A DNA stretch of 64,000 bases from NCBI GenBank assembly GCA_963718895.1, contig CAVRAG010000008.1:160001-224000 (forward strand). The letters are read 5' to 3'. Positions 47,115 to 57,863 of this stretch are shown here, piece after piece. Below the pieces are notes generated by a model. The model searched no databases and was not told the DNA's origin. It saw only the letters and a program-made list of their open reading frames with translations. The position numbers and the translations under genes were made by a program. Numbering within the stretch: the stretch's first letter is position 1; each line of letters starts with the position of its first letter. Origin of the DNA: an uncultured Nitrososphaerota archaeon (lineage in GTDB: Archaea; Thermoproteota; Nitrososphaeria; Nitrososphaerales; Gagatemarchaeaceae).

Positions 47115-48285
47115 TGACGTCTCGTATGTCTTCGAGGGATTGGTCGAGGATCGCCTGGGCCTCGGGCCTGGCCTGTGAGAAGGACGTTCCCTTGGCGAGA
47201 GCGATGGCAGCGCTCGCGATCAGCGGCTGGTCGATGGGGTTCCCTATCCTGCTGAGGATCCTGACGTAGGCCTCCCTCACGCCCTTCACCTCCTTTGATA
47301 TCCTGTCAGCGGCCAGAATCGCGACCGCGTTGTAGAGCTTGCCGGTGTGGTTGACTGGGTTCTTCCCGGCCGTGGCTTCCATGGAGTACTGACGCATTGG
47401 GGAGATCAGTCCGTTCACCCTGTTCCCCCTCCCGGTGTTCCCGTCGTCGCCCTGCTCAGCGGAGGTGCCGGTGACCGTAAGGTAGTAGCTTCCCCTCCTT
47501 GGGTCGTCCCCGCTGTTCAACCTGAGATTCGCGTCGAGAGACCCCTTCGCGAGAAGGTTCTCCACCTCGTTCCTCACGTCCCCCATGACGCTCTTATAGT
47601 GGGCCGCGTCTGCGATCTTGCCGCTCACCATCGCCGCGGCGACCGTGACCGTCAACTTCTTCTTGACCCTGAGGCCCATCACCTTGACGTCCTCGCCCAC
47701 CTCGGGGTACTTCTTCTTGAACCTGCCCGAGTTGAGGAGCTGCTCTATCTCGAAGACCGTCCTCTCCGTTGGGGAGAGCGGCGCGAACCCGACGCCCACT
47801 GACGTGTCGTTCGCGACCGGCATCGCCTTCTTTCGCAGGAAGACCGAGATCAGGTCGGGCGACCCCGGCCTTATCATCGTCTCCAGGCGCAGGTGCTTCT
47901 TGGGGTCGAGGAAGCGCATGGTGCCCTTGACGTAGTCGGCCACCGCCTTCTTCGAGATCTCTTCCACCGGCACCTTGACCTGCTTGCCGTTGAACGGGAC
48001 AGAGTCGGTGGCCCTTCCCGCCACGAGGATGTAGATAGGGTCGACCACCCTGCCTCCCCCGAAGACGGCGTTGGACGTTCCACCTACCAGGAGCCCCTTG
48101 TCGACGTTGTGGTGGAAGATCACGCCGAACTTTTCGAGGTAATACTTCGAGAGCGCTATCGAGACTGCTTCGCATGCCCCGTCGATAATGCTGTCGGGAT
48201 GTCCGATCCCCTTGCGTTCGACGATCTCGACCTCGAGGTCCGAGACACACTGTGGGATGGACTCGACGTGTAGGTTTCTGGCCAA
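47077..48285 (-). CDS. mat: Archaeal S-adenosylmethionine synthetase
   Basis: VERKGIGHPD, ANDTS, GEDVKVMG, GRGNRVNG, GKNPVNHTGK. Confidence 0.96.
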   Translation of the reverse strand: MARNLHVESIPQCVSDLEVEIVERKGIGHPDSIIDGACEAVSIALSKYYLEKFGVIFHHNVDKGLLVGGTSNAVFGGGRVVDPIYILVAGRATDSVPFNGKQVKVPVEEISKKAVADYVKGTMRFLDPKKHLRLETMIRPGSPDLISVFLRKKAMPVANDTSVGVGFAPLSPTERTVFEIEQLLNSGRFKKKYPEVGEDVKVMGLRVKKKLTVTVAAAMVSGKIADAAHYKSVMGDVRNEVENLLAKGSLDANLRLNSGDDPRRGSYYLTVTGTSAEQGDDGNTGRGNRVNGLISPMRQYSMEATAGKNPVNHTGKLYNAVAILAADRISKEVKGVREAYVRILSRIGNPIDQPLIASAAIALAKGTSFSQARPEAQAILDQSLEDIRDVTNLILESKIVLF

Positions 48286-48297
48286 AGCCCTTCTCCT

Positions 48298-48549
48298 TCA
48301 GAGGGGCGCTTCGAGCTTGATGTAGAGCACGTTGTTGCCCCTGATGACGACCTTGCCGTAGTTCGCCGACAGCTTGCCGTCCTCGTACTCTTCGGCGTCC
48401 GTTAGTATTACGTTCATGTAGGGGTCGACGTTCGAGACTTTTCCTCTGTACTCTATCTCGTTCTTCAAGCGGACCGAGGCCGACTTGCTGATCGACTTTT
48501 GGAGAACGCTCAAAGGCTTCTTGGAAGGCTGCGGTGTCGAGGAGTTCAC
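48298..48549 (-). CDS. Sm-like archaeal protein (SmAP/Lsm)
   Basis: VRLKN..YRG...DPYMNVIL, VIRGNNV. Confidence 0.93.
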   Translation of the reverse strand: MNSSTPQPSKKPLSVLQKSISKSASVRLKNEIEYRGKVSNVDPYMNVILTDAEEYEDGKLSANYGKVVIRGNNVLYIKLEAPL

Positions 48550-48709
48550 TTGACGACTTTTCCGACCGTTTCCACGCGGGATAAAAATGTATCCTTGCGG
48601 ATTATGACGCACTAGTGAAGAATAGTAGCCTCAGGAATCTGGGGCGCGTGGTCGGGGCGGACGAACGTTTAATGGAAGGTCTCATCGGTGTGCGACGAGC
48701 ACGCGGCAC

Positions 48710-49453
48710 TTGGGAGACGAGGCGAGGGTGAGACCCGGGGCGATGAGCCTCAGGGAGGCGAGGGACCTTGACGGCACAAGACTTACCTTCTCTTCGGGCT
48801 CGGAGTCGTTCGACAGAGTCCTGGGGTCGGGTCTCCGGACCGGGCAGATGGTCGAGGTCTTCGGTGCCAGCGGAACCGGGAAGACTCAGCTGGCCATCCA
48901 GTGCGCGCTATCCGTTGCCTCGGCGGGCTTCAGCTGCGCCTACGTCGATGCCGAAGGGCAGTTCCGGCCGGAGCGCCTCGCGTCGATCTGTGAGAGCAGG
49001 GGTTTCGAGCCCGCGAAGGTTCTGTCTCGAGTGTACTGCGTTAGGGTTGAGAACACGCGTCAGCAGCTGGGAGCCATCTCGATGATAAACGAGAACGAGA
49101 ACCTGAGGGACTGCAGATTCGTGGCCGTCGACACTGTCACGAAGAACTTCACGCTCGAGTTCGGGGGAAGCAGAGCAGTGGTGAGCCGCCAGACCGCCCT
49201 CGGGGCTTACCTGAACCGGCTGGCCCGCGACGCGTACCGGCGCGACCGCGCAGTCCTGCTGCTGAACCGCGTCGCCTCGGTGGGGCTGGATGGAGAGGCC
49301 AGAGAGGTCGGCATCGGCGGCGACACGCTGAGGCATTTTGTCCAGCGGTCGGTGCGTCTGCTGCGGCGCGGCGAGGGCATCTACGCATCGCCCGCCGACG
49401 AGCCTGGCTCCAGAGAGGTAAGGATGAAGATCACGGCCAGGGGTCTTGAGTAG
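48710..49453 (+). CDS. RadA/RadB-like recombinase paralog lacking the N-terminal HhH domain
   Basis: EVFGASGTGKTQL, YVDAEGQFRPERL, GGDTLRH. Confidence 0.85.
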   Translation: MGDEARVRPGAMSLREARDLDGTRLTFSSGSESFDRVLGSGLRTGQMVEVFGASGTGKTQLAIQCALSVASAGFSCAYVDAEGQFRPERLASICESRGFEPAKVLSRVYCVRVENTRQQLGAISMINENENLRDCRFVAVDTVTKNFTLEFGGSRAVVSRQTALGAYLNRLARDAYRRDRAVLLLNRVASVGLDGEAREVGIGGDTLRHFVQRSVRLLRRGEGIYASPADEPGSREVRMKITARGLE

Positions 49454-49549
49454 TCCGGGGCGAGGTGGTCCCGGACGAGAACGGTCGGCCCGGGACGCGC
49501 CCGACCGCTCCTTTCGACCTCGCGACTCCCGAAAACGGGTCTGGAGGTC
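49453..49549 (-). ncRNA. Candidate structured ncRNA (three consecutive hairpins)
   Basis: GACCUC/GAGGUC, GAGCGGUCGG/CCGACCGUUC and GUCCGGG/CCCGGAC stems; TTTAAA about 20 nt upstream. Confidence 0.4.
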
Positions 49550-49600
49550 CTTTATCGCGTGTTAAGCATTTAAACTTCGATTGTACATGCTAGTGTCGTT

Positions 49601-49945
49601 ATGCTTTCCACTAGCATGCTGAAGGAGGAAATCGACCTTATCGTCGACCTCGTCACCCAGAAGAAGACCGAGGACGCCAGGCAGAGACTCAATCATCTCG
49701 TCCCCGAGGTCTCCTCCGAATACGGACGGGGCGCAATCCTGGCGCTGAACGGCATACTCAACGTTCTGGACAGCAAGAACACCGAGAAGATGTCCGACTA
49801 CGAGAAGATCCTCCGCGCAGCCGAGCGGATACCGCGGCTTCAGACCATCGACGACATGGACAGAGGATACCTGCAGACCATGACGAAATGGGCCAAGAAG
49901 AGCCGCGCGCCCGTCAAAGACTCAAGTAGTGTACGCCAAGAGTAA
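49601..49945 (+). CDS. Hypothetical helical protein
   Basis: Clean ORF with host codon usage; TATA at 49569-49574. Confidence 0.7.
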   Translation: MLSTSMLKEEIDLIVDLVTQKKTEDARQRLNHLVPEVSSEYGRGAILALNGILNVLDSKNTEKMSDYEKILRAAERIPRLQTIDDMDRGYLQTMTKWAKKSRAPVKDSSSVRQE

Positions 49946-50204
49946 ACAACAGGATGTACAGGAAGATGAAGAGCAGGACGTAGCTCCCTATCCCTGCAGT
50001 GTACATCTTGGTCATCTCATCGGCCTTGAACTGGGGGCCCCATATCCTTCTCACGAGGTAGTAAGACCCAAGATAGACCACTATGGCGAACAGGACGGAG
50101 GTCTGATAGTCGGATGAGAAGAGGAGCGCCGCCAGGACCCCGACGAGGCCCCCTAGCCCAGCCCGGAGCCAGAATATCTTGTCGGTCTTGCTAATCGCCA
50201 TCAT
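49914..50204 (-). CDS. Small 3-TM protein, EMC6-like
   Basis: IFWLRAGLGGLVGVLA...MYTAGIGSYVLLFIFLYILLFTL resembles the EMC6/Rab5ip pattern. Confidence 0.6.
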   Translation of the reverse strand: MMAISKTDKIFWLRAGLGGLVGVLAALLFSSDYQTSVLFAIVVYLGSYYLVRRIWGPQFKADEMTKMYTAGIGSYVLLFIFLYILLFTLGVHYLSL

Positions 50205-50320
50205 CTAGACCTCACTGGACCCCCGCCGCTTCAACGAGTTTGCCACCAATCTGGATGGGCTACTAAAGGCTTCCATAGGACGGGGAGATAGGTTATAATT
50301 CTCTCGGGCTCCGGGCCGTA

Positions 50321-52222
50321 ATGGAGAAGATCGTGATGGAGAAAGTCCCAGGGAAGGGCTCGCTCTCCGGCCTCGAGGTAAGGGTGCTCGTGAAGGAGCT
50401 GGGAGGCTTGAGCGGAGGCTACGTCTCGAACATCCATTCTCTCGGCGAGACTCAGATCTTCAGGATCAAGCAGGCAGGCGGCGACGACGTCAGCCTCGTG
50501 CTGTCTCCGAAGTACGGAGCTTGGATAACCGACAGGCCCGCCCAGACCGTCACCGACGAGTTCACGACCGCCCTCCGACAGACGCTGCTAAGATTGAAGC
50601 TCGAGTCCGTCTCCCAGTACGACCTCGACAGGGTCGTCTTCTTCCGTTTCTTGGGCAACGAGGAAGAGGTCCAGCTGGTCCTCGAGCTCATGCCCCCCGG
50701 TAACATCATCCTCACGGACGCCGAGGGGAGAATCACGCTCTCACTCAGGGAGTCGAAGGGGATCCAGAGGAGCATAGTGAGAGGGAGGCTCTACTCGCCC
50801 CCGCCTCAGAGCAGGGGGTCTCCGGAGAAGGCCGACGAGACCTCCCTGACAGAATCGTTCGGGAGGGAGAAGACCGTCGGAAGGGCGCTGGGCCGAGGCC
50901 TCTCCCTGCCAAGGAAATACGTCGACGAGATTCTTGCGAGGGCCTCCCTTCGCCAAGAAGACCCGACTCCCCTCCCGCCTGAGAAGGTCCGAGAGATCAT
51001 TGAGGTGGTTAGGGACCTCCTCGCGAGCCTGGATTCGCCGAGTCCCAGCCTCGTCAAGGTCGGAGACGTCCTGGAACTAATGGCCGTTACCCCGGCGAAG
51101 GCCAAGGTGACAGAGACCGCACCGACGATGAGTCTGCTCGCCGACCGGGTATTCTCCTCACTGCTCCTAGAGGAAGAGAGCGAGCCGGAGAGAGAGGACA
51201 ACCAGCGTGCCAGGGAGTTCGAGGTGACTATCCAGCGGCTCGAGGAACAGGTCGCAGACCTCACGACTCGGGCCGCGGGCCTGAGGGAGGCGGCCCTGGC
51301 CGCCCGTGCATCGTCCTCGCCGGAGGGGATCGCGAAGGCGCTTGAGAGCCCAGCCGTCCTGGCGTCGCTGCGCGCAAGGCTGCGCCCGGAGATGTCTCCG
51401 GCAACCGTCTCCTCAGTGCTCTTCGACGAGGCCAAGGGTGCCGAGGCCGAGATCAGGCGGATCAAGGAGGTGCAAGCGACCCTCGCACCCCGGCTCCAGC
51501 GAGCCATGAGACTTACCCCGAAGGCCAAGGTGCGGCTAGTCACACGGCAGAGCAAGGAATGGTACGAAAAGTTCCGATGGTTCTTCACGACGGAGGGGAA
51601 ACTCGCGGTGGGAGGAAGGGATGCCCAGTCTAACACCATCCTCGTGAAGAAGCATCTTGTCGAGGGGGACGTGGCGTACCACGCGGACCTCTTTGGCTCG
51701 CCCTTCTTTATCCTAAAGGGCGGCGAGCATCAGACTCCCGACGAGACGCGGCAGGTCGCGCAGGCGACGGTGGCGTTCAGCAGCGCGTGGAAGACGGGCC
51801 TCGTCGCGGCAGACGCGTTCTGGGTTCTACCAGATCAGGTCAGCAGCAGCGCGCCGAGTGGGGAATTCCTCGCGCGAGGATCCTTCGCCATCAGGGGGAA
51901 GAAGAACTTCGCGACCAAGAATCCCGTCGAGGTGGCCGTCGGCCTGGACTCGAAGGGCAGGGTAATGGCCGGGCCCGAGGAGGCGCTAATCAAGCTCTCA
52001 CGGGCGCACCTGACCCTGGTCCCGAGCAGGGAGAAGACCTCAGACACCGCGAAGAAGGTGCTCTTCGAGCTGAAGAAGCTGTACGGGGACGAGACGGTAA
52101 CATCAGGGCTCGATGACGTCATGAGGGTCCTCCCCACGGGCGGAGGGAAGATAGTGAGGAGGCGCGAGAACAGGAAGGGAGAGGACGCCGCGGGGAGACA
52201 GGAAGGGGAACCTCATCCCTAG
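50321..52222 (+). CDS. Rqc2/NEMF (NFACT) ribosome quality-control protein
   Basis: QYDLDRV, LELMPPGNIIL, KEWYEKFRWF, GGRDAQSN, HADLFGSP, GSFAIRGKKN. Confidence 0.93.
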   Translation: MEKIVMEKVPGKGSLSGLEVRVLVKELGGLSGGYVSNIHSLGETQIFRIKQAGGDDVSLVLSPKYGAWITDRPAQTVTDEFTTALRQTLLRLKLESVSQYDLDRVVFFRFLGNEEEVQLVLELMPPGNIILTDAEGRITLSLRESKGIQRSIVRGRLYSPPPQSRGSPEKADETSLTESFGREKTVGRALGRGLSLPRKYVDEILARASLRQEDPTPLPPEKVREIIEVVRDLLASLDSPSPSLVKVGDVLELMAVTPAKAKVTETAPTMSLLADRVFSSLLLEEESEPEREDNQRAREFEVTIQRLEEQVADLTTRAAGLREAALAARASSSPEGIAKALESPAVLASLRARLRPEMSPATVSSVLFDEAKGAEAEIRRIKEVQATLAPRLQRAMRLTPKAKVRLVTRQSKEWYEKFRWFFTTEGKLAVGGRDAQSNTILVKKHLVEGDVAYHADLFGSPFFILKGGEHQTPDETRQVAQATVAFSSAWKTGLVAADAFWVLPDQVSSSAPSGEFLARGSFAIRGKKNFATKNPVEVAVGLDSKGRVMAGPEEALIKLSRAHLTLVPSREKTSDTAKKVLFELKKLYGDETVTSGLDDVMRVLPTGGGKIVRRRENRKGEDAAGRQEGEPHP

Positions 52223-52290
52223 GGTCTGCGGTGCCCGTCGCTCTCTTCGGAAGAACCTATTAACGGGCCCGGCCGGTCGGGCCTAGACCG

Positions 52291-54299
52291 ATGGCCGACC
52301 CCATCCGTGCGAGCTACCTGTTCCTGCCCTGGTACGCTCCCGTGGTCGTCTACGCGACGTTCTTCGTCTGTGGGGCGGTGATGATCTACGGCCTCTACCG
52401 GCACCTCGCAAGATACGGCTTGGGACCGAGGCAGTTCTTTGCGCTGGCATCGAAGGACGCGGGCGCCAAAATCAGGAGGTTCGTAGACTTCGGACTGGAA
52501 CAGAGAAGGGTCCTCGCAGGGGGCGAGGGGGGCGTCATGCACGGCGCGATCTTCTTCGGTTTCCTGATGCTCCTAGCTTACACCACTCTGATTTTCGTGC
52601 AGAGCGACGTGCTCCCCCTCTTCACCAACGTGCTGTTCCTCCAGGGCGGGTTCTACCTGACGCTCGAGTTCCTGGGCGACGCCCTCGGCACGGCCTTCGT
52701 GGTCGGACTCGTCATCGCCCTCTACAGGAGGTTCGTGCAGAGGCCCGACAAGCTCAGGACCGGCTGGGACGACTACCTGGTCCTAGGGACGCTCGTCTGG
52801 ATCGGGGCGTCCGGGTTCCTCCTGGAGTCGCTCAGGCTCGCGACGCACCCAAGCCAGTTCGCATCCTACTCGCCGGTGGGCGACGCCCTCTCGGTCCTGG
52901 TGTCCACCCTGTTCTCGGGCGGCCAGATGACTGTCATCTATCAGGGAGTCTGGTACGCCCACATGTTCTCGGTCTTCGGCCTCCTGGCGCTCGTCCCTTA
53001 CACGAAGCTCATCCACGTCTTCACTTCGGGCGCCAACGTGGCCGTGGCAGAGCAGAGGCCCATGGGGCGGCTCAGCACGCCCTTCAGCCTCTCGGCGATG
53101 CTCGAATCGGGCAGCGTCGAGGCACCCCCAAACGTGACCTCGAGCTCGGACTTCAAACCCCTCCAACTCCTCGCGCTCAGACGCGTGCACAAACTGCGGC
53201 AGGTGCCAGGACGTCTGCCCCGCCTACGCCGCGGGTAGAGACCTATCACCCCGCGTCGTCGTCAGGGACCTGGGGTCCGGGATGAAACAGGTTGCTGCCG
53301 ACGCGCTCTCGAGCGGGCTCATAAGGGAGCAGGAGCTCTGGTCCTGCACCACGTGCAACGCCTGCGTGAACGTCTGCCCTGTCTTCATAAACCAAGTCGA
53401 CTACATCGTCGAGTTCAGGCGGACGCTCGTCGCCGAGAACAGACTCGACCCGATGAAGCGGGCCTTCCTCGAGAACATCGCACGGTCCAACAATCCCTTC
53501 GGCCTCCCCCAGAGCGACCGACAGACCTGGCTGGCGAGATCTGGGAGTGCCCACGGTCAAGGAGAACCCGGGAGCCGAATATCTCTACTGGGTAGGCTGC
53601 CAGGGCAGCTACGATCCCCGGGCCCGGAAGATAACCGAGTCCGTAGTCCAGATACTCAAAGCTGCCGAGGTCGACTTCGCGGTCCTTGGGAACGAGGAGG
53701 TCTGCACGGGCGAGCCCGTCCGGAGGATGGGCGAAGAGGCAAGGTTCCAGGAGCTCGCGCTCCGCAACATCGAGACTCTGAACTCGGCGGGGGCGAAGAA
53801 AGTGGTTGTGCACTGCGCGCACTGCTTCAACACCTTCCTCAACGAATACCCGGAGTTTGGGGGGAACTTCCAGGTGATCCACCATTCGCAGCTGATATGG
53901 GAGCTCATCAAGGTGGGGAGGCTGAAGCCCCGAGGCGCTTCAGGGAAGGTGACCTTCCACGACCCCTGCAACCTAGGAAGGATCAACGGCATCTTCGACG
54001 AGCCGCGCGAGGTGCTCGGCTCGCAGGAGGGACTGGAGCTGGTCGAGATGAAGAGGAACAGGTCCAACAGCTTCTGCTGCGGAGGGGGCGGGGCCAACGT
54101 CTGGTACGAGGTCCCGGAGAAGAAGAAGGTGGGCGTGATAAGGGTCGAGGAGGCGATTCAAGCTGGCGCGGAGACCATTGCGGTCGGGTGTCCCTTCTGC
54201 GTCACGATGTTCGAGGACGCGGCGAAGAGCCTCGGCAACGAGAAGCTGGAGGTCAAGGACGTCGCCGAGATCGTTGCGGAGAACCTCCCCAAGGCCTAG
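52291..54299 (+). CDS. Membrane Fe-S oxidoreductase FadF-like (NarI-like TM + 4Fe-4S + CCG domains; frameshifts near 53179 and 53537)
   Basis: PYTKLIH, ACTNCGRCQDVCP, WSCTTCNACVNVCP, FHDPCNLGR, CCGGGG, CPFC. Confidence 0.88.
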
Positions 54300-55216
54300 G
54301 GGCCGAGGGCTGCGATGAGCGCTGGGACCACCTGGTAGAGGTCGCCGACAATCCCGTAGTCGGCCACCTGGAATATAGGGGCCTGCTTGTCCTTGTTGAT
54401 GGCCACGATGACCTTGGAGTCCTTGATTCCTGCCACGTGCTGCAGCTGCCCTGAGATTCCAACCGCGACGTAGAGTTTCGGCCTGACGTAGATGCCCGTC
54501 AGCCCGATGTGGTGTTCCTCGCTCAACCAGCCGAGGTCCGAGGAGAGGGGCCTCGAGGAGCCCAGCGCGCCTCCCAGCGCCTTCGCGAGATCCTCGGCCA
54601 GGGCGAGGTCTTCCTTCTTCTTGAAGCCTCTGCCCGCCGAGACGATGATCTCCGCAGTCCTGAGGTCGACCGACCCTCGCGACCGGGGCCTCGTCTCTAT
54701 GTACCTCACTCTCGATGAGAGCCCGGTGAGCGTCATTTCCTCGACCGTCTGCGCGCCGCCCTGGTCCGCCTGGTAACAGCCCGAAGGGACGAGCGCGATG
54801 CACGGCAGCCCGGAGACCACGGTCGCGTTGAATCGGCCGGCGTAGACCCCTCGGACGCCCTTCAGCTCGGCCCCATCGAACTTCAGATCCCTGACATCGC
54901 TCAGCACGCCCATCCCCGCCATCACGGCCAGCTTGGCCGCGATCTGCCTCCCCAGTTTGGTGGCGCCGATGAGAACGATGGACGAGTTGTTTGCCTTGGC
55001 GGCTGCGGCCAGGGCCTCGGCGATGAGCTCGTAGTCCCCGGGGAGGCGTCGGTCCGACCTCAGCAGGAGCACGTGCCCCGAGAGGCCGGCTTCGTCAAGC
55101 GCGTCGACAACGACGGTGGAGGAGGTCCCTCCAGCCGTCGCTGCGATCATGGATGCTCCCCTGGAGAGCTCCAGGGCCAGTCCGCGGTCATCCGAGTACG
55201 AGAGGACGCCGATCAT
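54296..55216 (-). CDS. etfA: Electron transfer flavoprotein alpha subunit
   Basis: [35 protein letters not shown]. Confidence 0.94.
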   Translation of the reverse strand: MIGVLSYSDDRGLALELSRGASMIAATAGGTSSTVVVDALDEAGLSGHVLLLRSDRRLPGDYELIAEALAAAAKANNSSIVLIGATKLGRQIAAKLAVMAGMGVLSDVRDLKFDGAELKGVRGVYAGRFNATVVSGLPCIALVPSGCYQADQGGAQTVEEMTLTGLSSRVRYIETRPRSRGSVDLRTAEIIVSAGRGFKKKEDLALAEDLAKALGGALGSSRPLSSDLGWLSEEHHIGLTGIYVRPKLYVAVGISGQLQHVAGIKDSKVIVAINKDKQAPIFQVADYGIVGDLYQVVPALIAALGP

Positions 55217-55974
55217 ATCACTCCCTCCTTTCTTAGGGCTTCCACAAGCTTCCTGGAACTATCTTCGGCCGTCCCCTCGAAGACCACCCTCTTCCTGCTC
55301 AGGGCCTGCACGTGGACGTCCGCCACCGTGACCCTGACAGGGGGGAGACCCTCGTCCTTCAGCGAGTCGAGCGTGACTTCCTCCATCGGCTTCTTCGACG
55401 CCTGCATTATCTGCAGCAGCGTGGGATACCTTGGCTCGTTGATCTCACTCACGACGGACACGACCGCGGGGAGGCTGGCCTCGGCCACTTCTTCGTGCTC
55501 CTCGAGGGCCAGCTCGCATCGCACCGAGCCGTCGCCGACTTCGAGCCTACGGACGTAGCCCATGAACGGCATCCCTAGCCACTCGGCGGCCATGGGACCG
55601 ACGAGACCGTGATAGGTGTCTGAGGCACCCTCGGAGAAGATCGCCAGGTCGACAGGTCCGGCGCGCTTGATTGCGCGCGAGATGTAGTAGGAGGTGGATG
55701 CCGCGTCGAGTTGCTGGGATGAGTTCACCGCCAGGGCCCTGTCAGAGCCCATCGCGAGCGCCTCCTTGAGGCTCTTCTTCCAGTCGCCGCTCCCTAGGCT
55801 CACGACCGTCACGGTCCCGCCCTTCTTCTCCTTGATCCTCACGGCCTCCTCGACGGCGTTCCGGTCGAAGGTGCTCATCTTGGATAGGGCACCCTGGAGC
55901 TGGGGCTTCCCTGACGGGTCCGCCCTCAGCTCGGATTCGTCGACGGCGTGCTTCACGCAGACCACGATGTTCAT
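55213..55974 (-). CDS. etfB: Electron transfer flavoprotein beta subunit
   Basis: MNIVVCVKH, FDRNAVEEA, ALAMGSD, INEPRYPTL; GGAGGTGA RBS upstream. Confidence 0.93.
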   Translation of the reverse strand: MNIVVCVKHAVDESELRADPSGKPQLQGALSKMSTFDRNAVEEAVRIKEKKGGTVTVVSLGSGDWKKSLKEALAMGSDRALAVNSSQQLDAASTSYYISRAIKRAGPVDLAIFSEGASDTYHGLVGPMAAEWLGMPFMGYVRRLEVGDGSVRCELALEEHEEVAEASLPAVVSVVSEINEPRYPTLLQIMQASKKPMEEVTLDSLKDEGLPPVRVTVADVHVQALSRKRVVFEGTAEDSSRKLVEALRKEGVI

Positions 55975-57138
55975 CGCGAACCTGTCACCTCCTTTCCAGC
56001 CACCAGCATCCTGAGCGACCTCTGAGGCCCCCTCGCCTATTGCGAGCAGACGCGCGTCCCTCCAGTGGCGGTGCACTTCGCCGTTCGTGTAACCGTAGCC
56101 ACCGAATACCTGTATGACCTGGTCGCAGACGCGTGCCGCCATCTCGCTCGAGAGTATCTTGGCCTGCGCGGCCTCCGAAGCGTAGTCGAGGCCCATCTCT
56201 CTCAGCCGCGAGGCGTAGAGGCAGAGCAGGCGCCCGGCGGTAATCTCGGTCCTCATGTTCGCGATCTTCTCCCGGGTCATCTGCAGGTCGGAGAGCTTCT
56301 GTCCGAAGAGCTCCCTCTGCTTGCTGTAGGCCAACGCCTTCCCGTAGGCCGTGCGCGCGATCCCGACACATATCGACCCCATGATTATCCGGCTACCGTT
56401 CAGCATCGCCTTGGCGTACTCGAACGCCTTCCCCTCCTGACCAAGGAGGCTCTCGGCGGGGACCTCACAGTCCTGGAACCTGACTTCGCCGGTCCTGGAG
56501 CCCCTCATCCCCAGCTTCGGGATGTCGTCCCCGGTGGTCAGGCCCGGCGTTGAGCGGTCGACCAGAAAGGCGGAGTGGCCCGTCGCCGTCTTAGCGAAGA
56601 CGAGGTACACGTCAGCGTCGCCGGCGTTGGTGATGAAGGTCTTCGTTCCGTTGATCACATAATCCGAACCGGCGCGGGTCGCCTCCGTGGACATCGACCT
56701 CGCATCGGATCCTGAGGAGGGCTCCGTCAGCGAGAAGGCCGCGAGCTTCCTGCCGGATATGAGATCGGCGACCACCGAGTCCCCTTGGGAGGCGGTCCCG
56801 AAGCGAAGGACGCCCTCGGCGACCATGTTGTGGACCCCCATGCTCATGGCGGTCGGGGCGTCAGCCGATCCGACGAGCTCCATGGCTAGGGCGTAGACTC
56901 CGAAAGGAAGGGAGATTCCCCCGTGGGACTCGAAGGGAATCCTGCACAGTCCCTGGTCGAACAGCGCCTTGCGGACCCCGGCGATCCCTCCACTCTCAGC
57001 GTCGAAGCCGGGTGACTTGGGGGCGACCTCCGCCTCCAGAAAGTCCGCCAGCGACTCGAGCACGCTGCTGTAGCTGCCGTGGTCGGGCCCGTAGAAGCTC
57101 CCCAGGACGTTTTCGTGCTCTGGTTGGAAGAGGCCCAT
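55971..57138 (-). CDS. Acyl-CoA dehydrogenase (1-nt insertion near 56016)
   Basis: FSLTEPSSGSDA, NGTKTFITN, KLGMRGS, QVFGGYGY, IGEGASEV. Confidence 0.93.
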
Positions 57139-57210
57139 CTGGGAACGTGGGCCGTCCGTGGAGAGGCGGATTAAAGGATTCCAGGCGCGGGCCGGAGCGT
57201 TCCAGGGGGA

Positions 57211-57843
57211 CTATCGTATCGGAAGAAGAATGAAGATCACCACGTCCCAGACGAAGTGGCTGGTGACGCAGGAGGTCAGGTCCTTGGAGTAGTGGTAGGT
57301 CAGGCCCCAGACCGAGTCTGCGATGAACGTGGTGACGACCCAGAGTGGGTTGAGGGTCACCGTGTGCAAGAGGGCGTCGAGGAGCGCCACAAGGAAGACA
57401 GACCCGACGCCGGTGCTCGGCTCTAGGCGGGTCTGTAGCACGCCCCTGAAGAATGACTCGTAGCCTCCGGCGTCGAAGGCGAGGACCCCGACCTGGAGGA
57501 ACAGGGGGTTCGAGGGCGAGGCGATCAGGGAGTAGATCGAGTTCTCGCTCGCCGAGCTCATCCCGAACGGGTGGAGGGCGGTCAAACCGAGATTGCCGAG
57601 GTAGAAGACAAGGTAGAGCGCCGCCGCGGTCACCACACCAAAGGCTATCGTGGCTGCTCTCGGGCGGAAGAGTCCTCGGTACCGGGTCAGGAGATAGGTG
57701 ACGGCCATCATGCAGGTCATCGAGGCGAAGGTGGCAGCGATGAAGTACCCGGAGGGAACCAGGAACAGCACAGCCATCGAGGCCACGATGACGACGAGTC
57801 CGGCGACGAGAGGTACGCCGCTGCCCTTGCGAGGTCTCTCCAT
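57211..57843 (-). CDS. CPBP/Abi (CAAX protease-like) intramembrane metalloprotease
   Basis: YESFFRGVLQ, LLH, SHFVWD. Confidence 0.8.
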   Translation of the reverse strand: MERPRKGSGVPLVAGLVVIVASMAVLFLVPSGYFIAATFASMTCMMAVTYLLTRYRGLFRPRAATIAFGVVTAAALYLVFYLGNLGLTALHPFGMSSASENSIYSLIASPSNPLFLQVGVLAFDAGGYESFFRGVLQTRLEPSTGVGSVFLVALLDALLHTVTLNPLWVVTTFIADSVWGLTYHYSKDLTSCVTSHFVWDVVIFILLPIR

Positions 57844-57863
57844 CGAGGAATCTCCGCCGGCGC

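Noticed and set aside
55213-57138. Apparent acyl-CoA dehydrogenase-EtfB fusion (641 aa ORF)
   Set aside because: Removing one base near 56016 gives a normal ACAD end (EVLRMLVAGKEVTGSR*) whose TGA overlaps the etfB ATG, and etfB has its own GGAGGTGA RBS.
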